A stretch of 63,803 nt of DNA, filler included, from Octopus bimaculoides (Eukaryota), in NCBI RefSeq assembly GCF_001194135.2. It is 5 parts of 4 records of this genome, joined end to end, with 100 filler letters (N's around TTAATTAATTAA, not from the genome) between each part and the next. Parts side by side here need not be neighbours in the genome. Positions count along the whole stretch, not along the records: positions 1 to 27,962 come from NC_068987.1; positions 28,063 to 54,919 come from NC_068982.1; 3 more parts are not named here. One strand, written 5' to 3'. Below the pieces are notes generated by a model, which saw only the letters and a list, made by a program, of their open reading frames with translations, had not been told where the DNA came from and ran no database searches. Each line of letters starts with the position of its first letter. Position 1 is the stretch's first letter. The position numbers and the translations under genes are program-made. Shown one piece after another: positions 24,745 to 37,002 of the stretch.

Positions 24745-26658
24745 AATGTCCAAGAGGATGTCTGCTTTCCCGTAGTTATATAGAATCTCTGAAGTTAACA
24801 AACTTCTGAGACGGGAAAATTTAAAAGGCATCACTGGATATTCACCTTTAAATATGTGATATGCTACACAGGATGGTCGTGTTAATGTGCAATATCTTTT
24901 TATCTAGGTTTTATAGTTTATATTTTAAGTTTTCGTAATGTGTAGTACAACTTGTTGTATACCTCTCAGTCAACCAACGTGAAAAACCTCTCAGGCGTAG
25001 GCCCTTTATACACGTGCCTAAATATTGCCCTAACACCCTAAATTTATAACTTTCACAGAAATGCTATGCCTATTTCTGTCTCTCTTTCCCCCTCTGTCTG
25101 TCTGTCTGTCTCTCTCTGTCCTACACACACACACACACAAACACATATATATGTGTATGTGTGTTTCTGCATGTATTTTCGTGTGTATTGAGGATCAATG
25201 CTAAAAAATACTATAAGTTTCAATTAATAGACCCTATCGATTAATGAAACAAACGTAAATATATGTCTTGAAATACATAAAAGGATGTGCGTAAAGGATG
25301 ATAGAAAACATAACTATGGCGAAGCTAACGGTTCACGAAATATAGTTTGTCGTCCATAAATTGAAAATGAAATTTACGTATATATGTACGAACAAAGGGT
25401 CTGGAAAATAAAGACCACTTATTGTCAAATGGCAAATAATGTTTGGCGATTGAATGTATATAATGCGCATAGGCAACTATTTTTTTCTGGTTCGAAAAGA
25501 TTAAGCTTAATATGCAGTTGAAAATATCTATACTAATGGAAGTATGTTTTCTCCTAGATTAGGTATAACTCTAGAAAGAAGCTAAGTGTCAATGTATGAT
25601 AAATGATTAGAGAGAAAGGAATAATATGGTTAAATAACCTAAAATATATTTAAAAATTAATTGGCCAATGAGACTAGCGTTAAGCATCTGCGATAATACA
25701 TATCGTTTGTTTTATAGGTTGTCAATTAAATTTTAGGTCTACTGGGAATATATTTGCACACAATGAATTTGGTTATAATAAGGTTAAATTAGAGAAAATC
25801 AGTAAGCATCATATATCTGAAATATATGAATATATGAAACATAATCAATTATGCCATTATCTTTATGAGTGAATGAGTTTAATTTCACTACATTAAAATG
25901 CATAGCAATACCTATATGTTGCTAAGATTAAGTGATTCGGCTATAAAGCTGTACAGTGTATATATTACAAAAATATGGATTATCAAAAGTACTAATTTGA
26001 TAAAAGTTAATGCAATAAAAGAACGAAAAACGAGAGTGATTTAAGGACAGCTAGGATCAAAAGTACTTAAATTAAGTAACAATTACTTTAATATTCAAAC
26101 TGACATGTTTTACTTACGTGAAGAAAACCGCTTTGAATAGAAATTCACATTTTATTTTTCTATGTACCACACAAAATCAAACGAATAAAGTAATTCGCCA
26201 TATGATAACGCTAATTTTATCAATTATCTTTGTTTCAGCTCAGTTTTTCCTACATATCCAATGTAATTTAATTAGCCTTTATTTTTAACTGATGTCCATA
26301 TACATACATCGTATATTTTCTTCAAATATTTATAATTCCGTCTCTAGAATTTCAAATACATCGTTTTATAAACAGTATAGAGTTCAACGACTTCTGTATC
26401 TGATACTAGAATAAGTGAGACTGACAGAAATAGATTATTTTCTGTGTCATTTATCATCATTAACGACATCTGTTCAACACTACTTGCCGTCAAAAGTTTC
26501 TTATGATTTTGACATTATTATTTCATTGTCCTAATCGTATACTTATCTTTGTTTTATGTGTATACTAAACTATACGCACTTACATCCATATATACACATA
26601 TACATGCACAGACATTCATACACATACTCATAGGCACTCAACCTCTCCCTCTTTTCAT

Positions 26659-26729
<71 letters not shown>

Positions 26730-27222
26730 ACCACACATACATATGCCTTAGGTACAAGAATAAATTAAAAGATAATCCAAGAAATATTTGCAACAATTGC
26801 ATTGAATTGCAATAAATTGAAGTTATCTTGCTATAAAGCCATAAATATTAAGGAACTGGACCATCTTGATCAGCTTAAAGAACAGGGAATAAAGAAAAGG
26901 TCACTATATAACATGCCAAGCGCTTTGTATAACACTTATATTCTGTTTACAAACCGCAGTCTAGTGTGTAAATCGTTAGCTGGATTGAAGTCTTATGGGA
27001 GGCATTGACAGCAGAGCCAAAATAAAAATAGAAATAGAAATATTTTTGTTATCATACAGCGAAATCAATAAGTGAATATGTTATTAGAAACAAACACATG
27101 CGCACACACAAACGTACACGTACACACACACACACACATACACACACACATACACACACACACACTCACCAACAGGAATATATTTTAATAATTAAAAGAT
27201 AACTACAATTCCTCTTAATACG

Positions 27223-27260
27223 CAGGTGCGTCCTCATAACTCAAAACAGAACAAGTCTCT

Positions 27261-27331
<71 letters not shown>

Positions 27332-27373
27332 GCACAAATTTGAATGTTGTTTGAGAGGATGAGGACGCAGCTG
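27223..27373. repeat. Short inverted repeat flanking a (TA)n tract
   Basis: CAGGTGCGTCCTCAT (27223-27237) versus ATGAGGACGCAGCTG (27359-27373), 14 of 15 complementary. Confidence 0.7.
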
Positions 27374-27962
27374 GATCTAAACTGAGTTGAAGTTCAATTT
27401 TGCGTTTTAAAATTTATGAAAAAAAAGTGCTTCAGTTCTTTCACCCGGTGCAAATTATATAATATAAAAGATAAATGATAAATGAAAGAGAAAACACAAA
27501 AGAAAATATGCTAAAAAAATTAAAAGCTCACCATGATAACATGGTGAAAATTTAAAGCATATTATAAGGTTCACTTCATTACAAAATTAGGGAAATGCAA
27601 ATAGTCGATTACTGTCGTAGCAATAATACATGATAGAAACTAAGAAATTCATTATGTTTCAAAGGCATATGTTAGCAATTAAATGGGTTGAATATGTTTT
27701 TAAAAAAATACGAGAATACTATTCTCGTGATGTGTGAAGGAGAATTATTCTCCGTTCGTTTTTCGCTTGGAATTTCATGTTTGTCTCAGCTGTACAAAAC
27801 GAAAACATGTCATTGGGCAAGTAACCAATATGGTCTTGAAACTCTATATAGTAATCAAAATGGCTCGAAATATATTTCAAATGAGATGTATTATAATATA
27901 CCATATTCTATACAAACATGCATACATACAAACTTACCTATATATATATTCATATATATATA

Positions 27963-28062
27963 NNNNNNNNNNNNNNNNNNNNNNNNNNNNNNNNNNNNNN
28001 NNNNNNTTAATTAATTAANNNNNNNNNNNNNNNNNNNNNNNNNNNNNNNNNNNNNNNNNNNN
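27963..28062. other. Artificial assembly spacer 44N-TTAATTAATTAA-44N
   Basis: Exact 100-nt layout, repeated four times in the window. Confidence 0.9.
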
Positions 28063-28538
28063 GCTTATATACACTTAAAAACATACATGCATATATATAT
28101 GTTTATATATATATATACGTAAGTCGTCTAAAATTCCTTATGTCAGGAAAAAATGCATTCGTATATCTATCAATAGAGTGGGTATATTATCTGAAGTGAA
28201 CAACATTATATATCTACCACGGCTGATGTTACCGATCAGTTTCGCGCTAGAGGTACAACGGAGTGTTAGATAGCAATGCGATTATATAACCCTACGCTCA
28301 TCAGAGGTAGCCAAATAATCGGATTGTTCCTAACACTCCGTTGTACCCCTATCGAGAAACCGATCAGCCGTGATGGATATAATATTGTACACTTAATATA
28401 TATTGTACACTTAATATATATTGTACACTTAATATATATATATATATAAAATTCCTGACTTAAGGAATTTTAGATGACTTACGTATACATATATATAAAC
28501 ATATATATATACATGTATGTTTTTAAGTGTATATAAGC
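28063..28538. mobile_element. Fold-back (palindromic) non-autonomous element with a hammerhead-like core on the minus strand
   Basis: Outer arms 28063-28148 and 28453-28538 are near-perfect inverted repeats; inner arms are about 28210-28285 and 28315-28380. The minus strand reads CTGATGA-GCG...CGC-GAAAC at 28304-28239. Confidence 0.65.
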
Positions 28539-29499
28539 GTATGTATATATGGATGTATGTATATGTGTGTTTGTGTGTGTGTGTCCGTGCACGTGAATAA
28601 GTATACATACGTATATGTATGTGTATATATGTATGTGTATATGTATGTGTATATATACATGTTTATATATGCATGTGTGTATATGTATGCATGCATGCAT
28701 ATGTATATAAATATATGTATATATATAAGCCTTTGACAAAGTTGATCATGGCTTGATATGTCACAAGCTGCGAAACCTNNNNNNNNNNNNNNNNNNNNNN
28801 NNNNNNNNNNNNNNNNNNNNNNNNNNNNNNNNNNNNNNNNNNNNNNNNNNNNNNNNNNNNNNNNNNNNNNNNNNNNNNNNNNNNNNNNNNNNNNNNNNNN
28901 NNNNNNNNNNNNNNNNNNNNNNNNNNNNNNNNNNNNNNNNNNNNNNNNNNNNNNNNNNNNNNNNNNNNNNNNNNNNNNNNNNNNNNNNNNNNNNNNNNNN
29001 NNNNNNNNNNNNNNNNNNNNNNNNNNNNNNNNNNNNNNNNNNNNNNNNNNNNNNNNNNNNNNNNNNNNNNNNNNNNNNNNNNNNNNNNNNNNNNNNNNNN
29101 NNNNNNNNNNNNNNNNNNNNNNNNNNNNNNNNNNNNNNNNNNNNNNNNNNNNNNNNNNNNNNNNNNNNNNNNNNNNNNNNNNNNNNNNNNNNNNNNNNNN
29201 NNNNNNNNNNNNNNNNNNNNNNNNNNNNNNNNNNNNNNNNNNNNNNNNNNNNNNNNNNNNNNNNNNNNNNNNNNNNNNNNNNNNNNNNNNNNNNGTGTGT
29301 ATAGGTTAAGTTTTCGCACGTCGCCACATCTCCATTTCCACAGGACTTCCAGTATTTCATAAAAGTAAGCTAAGGGAAATAATTCGAACGGACTAATAGA
29401 ATTAATTTAGATAATTGAGGTAGGTGGGGATTTAATGTATGATGTATGCAAAGGATTCCTAAAATGAAGTAAAGAAATTAAGAAACAATTTTACAGAAA

Positions 29500-30498
29500 A
29501 TTGCATTTTCATACCTTGGGAAATAATCTAATATTTGTTAAACCAAGGAAGAGATTCTATATGTGATTTTCAGTATGCTGATGAATGCGCTTTGAATTCT
29601 CATACATTAGAGGGAATTCAGGAAATAGCCGACAGGTTTGTTGCGGCGGCCTGTGCATTTGGACTGACTATCAGCATCAAGAAGACTGAAATTTTATTCC
29701 AACCAGAGCTTGGGGCAGAACATAAACAAGATTCAAATGTGATAATTGGCAATAAGCCACTCAAATGGGTCAGGTCATTTAAATATCTTAGAAGTACAGT
29801 AAACTTTAAGAGTACTCTTGACGACGAAATTAATGTTAGTATAGCTAAGACTACAAGTGTTTTTGGAAAACTTACCCATCGTTTGTGGGATGAACACGTT
29901 TCAGTCTGAAAACTAAAATAAGTGTACACAAATTTTGTATTTTGAGCACACTTTTGTATGGGGAAGAAGCATGGACTCCTTACTACAGGCATACAAAGGA
30001 ACTTGGAACCTTCCACATCTGCTGCCTGCGCAACATAAAATGGCAAGATAAGATTTCTTAAAAGAATCTGATACCTCCAGTATTAAAAACATGATGCTGA
30101 GAATTCAGTGCAGATGGGTAGGGCATGTTGTTCGAATGAAAGATGACCGCGTTCCGAAAATTGTTTTGTATAGCCAACAAGTAGAGGGATACCGCTGTAA
30201 AGGAAGACTCGTCCTTGAGTATAAGAATAGGTTGAAGCAAATACTAAAGCCTCTACAGCTTAACTTGATATCTTGGGAAAGTCATTGCCTAGATCGATCA
30301 GAATGGTGTAAAATGTATCGTGACACATCAGAACAATTTGAGTTAGAGAAACAGAACAGTAAAAGAATTATATCCTGCAATCAACAAACACATTTGCTCA
30401 ATCTCGGACAAAATCAAAATCATCAGTGTCCCCATTGTGATTTCATAGCAAAATTCATACCTGGACTTAAGCTATATTCGTGGATCCATAGCAAATAG
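29500..30498 (+). mobile_element. RTE-clade LINE 3' half (RT domains 5-7, thumb, C-terminal zinc-finger-like motif), degenerate
   Basis: ORF 29535-29909 has FQYADECAL...FGLTISIKKTEILFQP...FKYL.ST...DDEIN..IAK...FGKL..RLW. ORF 30091-30498 has RWVGHVVRMKDDRVPKIVLYS...DRSEW...CPHCDF. Confidence 0.9.
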
Positions 30499-30609
30499 AT
30501 GCAGCTTCTTTAATTTTTAAAGTGGTTTTCTCTTTTTCTCTCTCTCACTTTTCTATTTAAACCCTCTCCTTCAAACACTCATGTGTCGAAATCGACTTGA
30601 GTGACCATC

Positions 30610-30775
30610 ATATGAGGGGCTGTGTGGTAAATATTTTGCTTCCCAACCACGTGGTTCCAGGTGCAGTCCCACTGCGTAGAACCTTTGGAGCTGTTTTCTA
30701 CTAGTATCAGGCCGACAAAAACCTTGTGAGTGGATTTAGTAGATGGAAACTGAAAGAAGCGACAATCTTTCCTAA
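30610..30775 (+). mobile_element. SINE family A head fragment
   Basis: TGTGTGGTAAAT...GCTTCCCAACCACGTGGTTCCAGG...GATGGAAACTGAAAGAAGC. Confidence 0.75.
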
Positions 30776-30837
30776 TACACACACACACACGCACACACAC
30801 ACAAACACACGCACACACACACAAGCACACGCACACA

Positions 30838-30874
<37 letters not shown>

Positions 30875-31074
30875 CTCACTGATTCAATGACAAAAATCCC
30901 ACGCTGTACTATACTTTTGCTCATTTCCTATAGTTGCCAGAGTTTGTTCTCAACTTCAAGTACGAAAGCAATTCGTAATTTGATTATTATGACACTATAA
31001 TAATGTATTTTGATAGTAAAGATAATGGCATTGTCTTGAAATTTTGGGCGTGGTGTTCCTCAACTACATTGACC

Positions 31075-31600
31075 ACAGTGTTCATCTGATACATATCTTA
31101 TCGACCCCGAAAAAAGCAAGTCGACCCCAGCGGAATTTAAACTCAGAACGTAAAACCAGAAAAAATGCCGTTAAACATTTCTGCATAGTAACGATTCTGC
31201 CAGCTCATCAACTTCTTAATAATAGTAATTCTTTCTGCTATGGTACAAGGCCTGAAATTTTGAGAGCAGGGCGTCTAGTCGATTACTTGTCCGGTATTTT
31301 TGTTTCACGGTCCCGGAGGGATGAAAGGTAAGGTTAAGCTCGGCGGTATTTGAACTGAGAACGTAATGAATCGGTAGAAATACCGCTGCGCATTTTGATC
31401 AAGGCGCTAACGATTCTGCCAGTTCATCGCCTTCTTAATGATAATAATAATATTGATAGATAAAATAATAATCTTTCCTTCAATAGCCATAAGGCCTGAA
31501 GTTTTAGGGGAAGAACTAGTTGATTACATTAGCCTCAATGCTCGATTGGTACTTATTTTATCGACCACGAAAGGATGAAAGGCAAAGTTGACTTTGTACA
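31075..31600 (-). mobile_element. Cluster of three SINE family B fragments
   Basis: Three reverse-strand occurrences of the TTTGCCTTTCATCCTTTCGGGGTCGATAAA-like core with GAGTTCAAATTCCGC B-box variants. Confidence 0.75.
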
Positions 31601-31819
31601 TTCTCCTCAATCTGGATGACTAAGTTCTGTTAATATTGAGCCTTTGAAAACTGGAAAATCCAAACTAAACTACACGAGAATTAGCAAAACAGTTCAGTTC
31701 AAGTCACACTTCGTCATAAAACACTTTCATGAACTATGAAAAGTGTCTAAACTTGATCAATACGTCCCTCATCACCTGACTGCTTCTCAGTTTAATCTCT
31801 ACTCGTTATTAAGGAGTAG

Positions 31820-32458
31820 ATTTGTTACCAAACCTTTCCTGGGTAGAATCATCACAAGTGATGAAAAGTGGTTTCTCCATAACCATATCTAACGAAAACG
31901 ACAATGGTTACTGAAAGAAAAAAAAGAATCCATCCTCAAATCACCACTACACTCGAAAAAAGTTATGCTCTATGTTTGGTGGGATATGAAGGGTGTCATC
32001 TATCATGAAGTGTTACATCAAACCAAAACAGTTAAAATGGAGGAGTATTGCCATCAGCTGGAAGCATTGCACAAAAAAATGCTGGAAAAGCACCGGTCAT
32101 TGATCAATCGTAAAGGGATGTTGCTCCTACACGATAATGCTACATATTACCGAAGTCACTTAGAAAATGATTATGATACAAAATATGAAAGCATTGCCTC
32201 ATCCTCCTTACTCTGCTGACCTTCCCTAATATGACTCATCTTTTGAGACCATTCTTCGCGGAGAAGTTCAACATAATATTGAATGTTTCTGTGCTGCGAA
32301 AATGGAAAAATTTTACGCTCGGGAGACCAACAATTTGCCAAATATTTTGCATTGTTTTGTCAACACTGAGGAGAAATGATACACTGATTAAACATATCAA
32401 TTAAAACCAAAGAAGCATTTACTTCTTTTCCATCTAGAAATGCGACTTTCCAACCTTT
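31820..32458 (+). mobile_element. Mariner transposon 3' fragment
   Basis: RIITSDEKW, KKVMLYVWWDMKGVIYHE, YCHQL, NRKGMLLLHDNA; degenerate right TIR near 32440-32458. Confidence 0.85.
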
Positions 32459-34429
32459 ATGCGTATGTGTGTGTGGGGGGAGTGTATAGGTGGTTTGGTG
32501 GCTATAAAAACAGATAGATAGATAGATAAATAAATGGATAGATAAATAGATAAATGTGGGGATGTGAATGTATGTATACATTTTATGTGTATATATCTAT
32601 CTATACACACACACACACACACACACATAAATATATATATACTAACACAAAGCAGCCTTTATTGCCCATCTATTTATGACCCTACACTCTTCAAATATGT
32701 ATGAATGTCACACAATATCATCTTCCTCTTTATATCGGATCTTGTATCTAGTCAGAAATGACTTAAAGCGCAGTTTCTTAGACGTTCAGAATCTTTGAAT
32801 AGAATATTTTTTATTTTAAATATCAATTCTTACCCATTCCGATTTATTTGTAGTCTTCGGGCGAAATTATGCATTATATTTCCTTAAATTTGTCTTCTTT
32901 TAAGGTCGTGTTCGTGTATTAAAAGCTGACATGTACAAAAACATAACGTAGTTATATATTGGTTTTTCAACTTTTTCGGTAGGATATTGAACTAAATAAT
33001 ACTTCTTCCTTGTCAACCTTATCAGTACCAAAAATTAAAAGAAGAAATACATGTGTGTTTAATTCCAAGGTTCAGTAATTGCAAGAATACAAGAAGTTTT
33101 GGCGTGTTTTTTTTTTTAAAAAAAACACGAAAAAGAAAAGGAAAATACAATAGGTAACAATACATATTCCTAACTTCAGGTTTCACAAAATATACTGAAT
33201 TATTTTAAGAAAATATATACCTTTAACAAAAGAAAGAAATTTTAATTTTATTTACATTAAAAATATTACTGATGGTGGTGGAGGGAATGGAGGATAGAAA
33301 GTACAAATTCTTACAAAAATTATTCTTGCAAATATGATGCCGCTTCTATTCACGAACAAAAGTGTCTTTTTCTATGCCAGGTTGTTATGAAGAATGTGTG
33401 ACCAAATTTCTGCTTTGAAATATAATGCCACTTCAATAAAACCATTCACAAACATTTACAAGCAGTCTTTGAACCCCTTTCCTACAATATGTTTCCCTCT
33501 CCCACCTCTATCTATCTATCTATCTATCTATATGCCTACCTACATACATACGTACATACCTATTTATATCTCCTACTAAAACCTGTCCTTCTGTCTGTGT
33601 TTCAGCTCAGCTGCTTGCTCTAACTTCACCTACTTATCTTTACGCAATGCAAACGACGTCACTGACCAAATTACAACATAAAAATGTGTATATACATGTG
33701 AAAAGATAATTTCCATATGAAAATATGCAAGCGTTGTGACCAGCCTCCCTTAAGCATTCCGTATCTAATTCATTTCCTTTTGATAACATGCAGTTGCCTC
33801 ATATACAGGAGACGCCTATTCCTGTAACGAAGTTGTCTTTGCTATAAACATCGCAACATGACAACACTTTAAACCTCAGATCAGAATACTTCACAGCTTC
33901 AATTATAGTTATTTTTATCAGTCAAATCTAATATTCCAAATTACTTCTGATTATTGCATTGACGAAGAAATTGTAGTTATTCTTTCTGTTCTTTAATTGA
34001 CTTCGTATGGAATGAATAAATCGGTTTTAAACGGATGCAATTTGTTTTCACTCTTTAAGATCAAAGTGTGTTTTTAGAGAAATATTAAACATGAGAAACT
34101 TTTGTTTTTCAGTGAAGCAAACAACAGAAGTTGGAGCGTTGATGTCTTTTGGTTGAAGCTGAAGGTTAAAGCTATATACAAACACATACACATAGAAAAA
34201 CATGCATACACACAAACACACATTATATACATATATGGCACAAACACACATTATATACATATATGGCACAAAAATGGAGTCATTCGTTTTCAGTGAAATT
34301 TTCTCCTCTCATTATCATCATCATCATCATTTAAAATCTTTTGGTCCACTGCAAAACTGGCACTCTTGTGTGACACTTCTTTTTTTATTGTTCTGAAGGA
34401 AGAAGCAGTACTCATGACTTTAATAATAC

Positions 34430-34700
34430 CAATAACCGTCACAGGTCTTCAGAGATTCATGAGATTGATACAGTTGATGCTTTAGTTTGAGCATCAGTAA
34501 GTCAACGTCTGCAGGAAAAGAACTGGTCGAGAGAAGAAGTTCCAGAGAGTTGACACTCTTGGTAGATAGGATTGTGTGAAGTGATCACTGAAAAGCCTCT
34601 ATGCTGGAGAAGTCAGCCATACTGACGTTTGCACTATTACGATCCTTGCTTTTTCTAAATTCGCTGATTGGATCTCTCTTTCAGCTAGGTATTCTCGAGC
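34430..34700 (-). mobile_element. L2/CR1/Jockey-group LINE 3' end, degenerate
   Basis: Manual translation HFTQSYLPRVSTLWN...FPADVDL resembles the conserved C-terminal FF.R....WN.LP..VFP motif. Confidence 0.55.
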
Positions 34701-35528
34701 AACAAACTTGAATCACAATCAACCAAACGTTAACCCTATTTTCTTTCTTCAGTTTTCCCCAGTTCTTCTAAGAAAACCTAATAGTGCCATAAGTACTGCC
34801 CTTACCAATAAATAAATAAAATAGTTACTGTTGAATTAACCCCAGGCTAGCACTAATTGAGTAAATCTATATTCAAAGGCGTTCCAGACATGACCATCCC
34901 GTTTTTGACGGGTATCTAGATATACATTATGCAATGTGTCCTTCTTTTTTAAGCCGTTTGAGCATAAATCGAGATCGCTGTTTTCCTAGGTTAAGCAAAT
35001 TCCTCGATCAACTGGTTTCAATTTGCGCAGGAAGCCATTTTAAATACTTAAATTCTTGCTAATTACTCTGGAGATATATTTGAAAGTCAGCCGATCCGGT
35101 TTCTTTCCTCTATAAAGTAGGGGCTTGTGCTTTGCTCAAAACTTGGTGAGAAAAGCTGTGGAGCAAGAATTGGGCTTTTGTCAAAACGGGACAGCGATGT
35201 GGCTTCAATATCCGCAAATGTTTTGAAGAAAAGAATGAATGCTACATTTCCCAAACAAGAGACAATGACTATTTCAGTGTTAAGTCCCATGATGAAATTT
35301 TCCTGAAGAGTGATAATAGCACTAACTCAGTTATATGATACCAATCTGTTGATACCTTTCCAGAACATAAAACAGGGAATTGTTAACTGAAAAGCATAGA
35401 AAAAATTCGAATGTGTGTGCCTGTGGGTGGGTATATATATGAGTTTGGGTATATATATGAGTCTCTTTGTTTCATTTTATGTGCGTGTGTGTGTGTGTGT
35501 GCGCGCGCGCGCGCGTGTGCTATTTATT

Positions 35529-35637
35529 ATAGTTTGATTCGGTTTCACGCCACCTTCGCAGGCCTCTAACAGAAGCCCGTCTCTTTCAGGCTTTATAGGC
35601 CTGCAACATTAAGTCGTATGGAACCGAATCAAACTAT
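35529..35637. repeat. Hairpin element (about 109 bp)
   Basis: ATAGTTTGATTCGGTT...AACCGAATCAAACTAT outer stem and GCAGGCCT/AGGCCTGC inner stem. Confidence 0.8.
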
Positions 35638-35706
35638 TTTCAATAATTCACGTAATTCCTACTAAATATATTGTGTCCCCTTTTTTTTCATTTGTCTACT
35701 CATTCG

Positions 35707-35738
<32 letters not shown>

Positions 35739-36771
35739 TATCTGTAAATATAATATGTGACAATTATTCGGTAGCCATGACAAAACTCCGAGTTTCGGAT
35801 ATCGGGGCGGAAACCCACGCCGGTATCNNNNNNNNNNNNNNNNNNNNNNNNNNNNNNNNNNNNNNNNNNNNNNNNNNNNNNNNNNNNNNNNNNNNNNNNN
35901 NNNNNNNNNNNNNNNNNNNNNNNNNNNNNNNNNNNNNNNNNNNNNNNNNNNNNNNNNNNNNNNNNNNNNNNNNNNNNNNNNNNNNNNNNNNNNNNNNNNN
36001 NNNNNNNNNNNNNNNNNNNNNNNNNNNNNNNNNNNNNNNNNNNNNNNNNNNNNNNNNNNNNNNNNNNNNNNNNNNNNNNNNNNNNNNNNNNNNNNNNNNN
36101 NNNNNNNNNNNNNNNNNNNNNNNNNNNNNNNNNNNNNNNNNNNNNNNNNNNNNNNNNNNNNNNNNNNNNNNNNNNNNNNNNNNNNNNNNNNNNNNNNNNN
36201 NNNNNNNNNNNNNNNNNNNNNNNNNNNNNNNNNNNNNNNNNNNNNNNNNNNNNNNNNNNNNNNNNNNNNNNNNNNNNNNNNNNNNNNNNNNNNNNNNNNN
36301 NNNNNNNNNNNNNNNNNNNNNNNNNNNNNNNNNNNNNNNNNNNNNNNNNNNNNNNNNNNNNNNNNNNNNNNNNNNNNNNNNNNNNNNNNNNNNNNNNNNN
36401 NNNNNNNNNNNNNNNNNNNNNNNNNNNNNNNNNNNNNNNNNNNNNNNNNNNNNNNNNNNNNNNNNNNNNNNNNNNNNNNNNNNNNNNNNNNNNNNNNNNN
36501 NNNNNNNNNNNNNNNNNNNNNNNNNNNNNNNNNNNNNNNNNNNNNNNNNNNNNNNNNNNNNNNNNNNNNNNNNNNNNNNNNNNNNNNNNNNNNNNNNNNN
36601 NNNNNNNNNNNNNNNNNNNNNNNNNNNNNNNNNNNNNNNNNNNNNNNNNNNNNNNNNNNNNNNNNNNNNNNNNNNNNNNNNNNNNNNNNNNNNNNNNNNN
36701 NNNNNNNNNNNNNNNNNNNNNNNNNNNNNNNNNNNNNNNNNNNNNNNNNNNNNNNNNNNNNNNNNNNNNNN

Positions 36772-36808
<37 letters not shown>

Positions 36809-36964
36809 CACATATATATACACACAAATATTTATTTACACATCTACATATGCATACATACATGTGTGTGTGTGTGTTAATACTGCTTGGAACTTACTGC
36901 ACACTTCAAAGTTAATCTAATCATGCGTCTCATGACATACACACAGACATACATATATGCGCGT

Positions 36965-37002
<38 letters not shown>

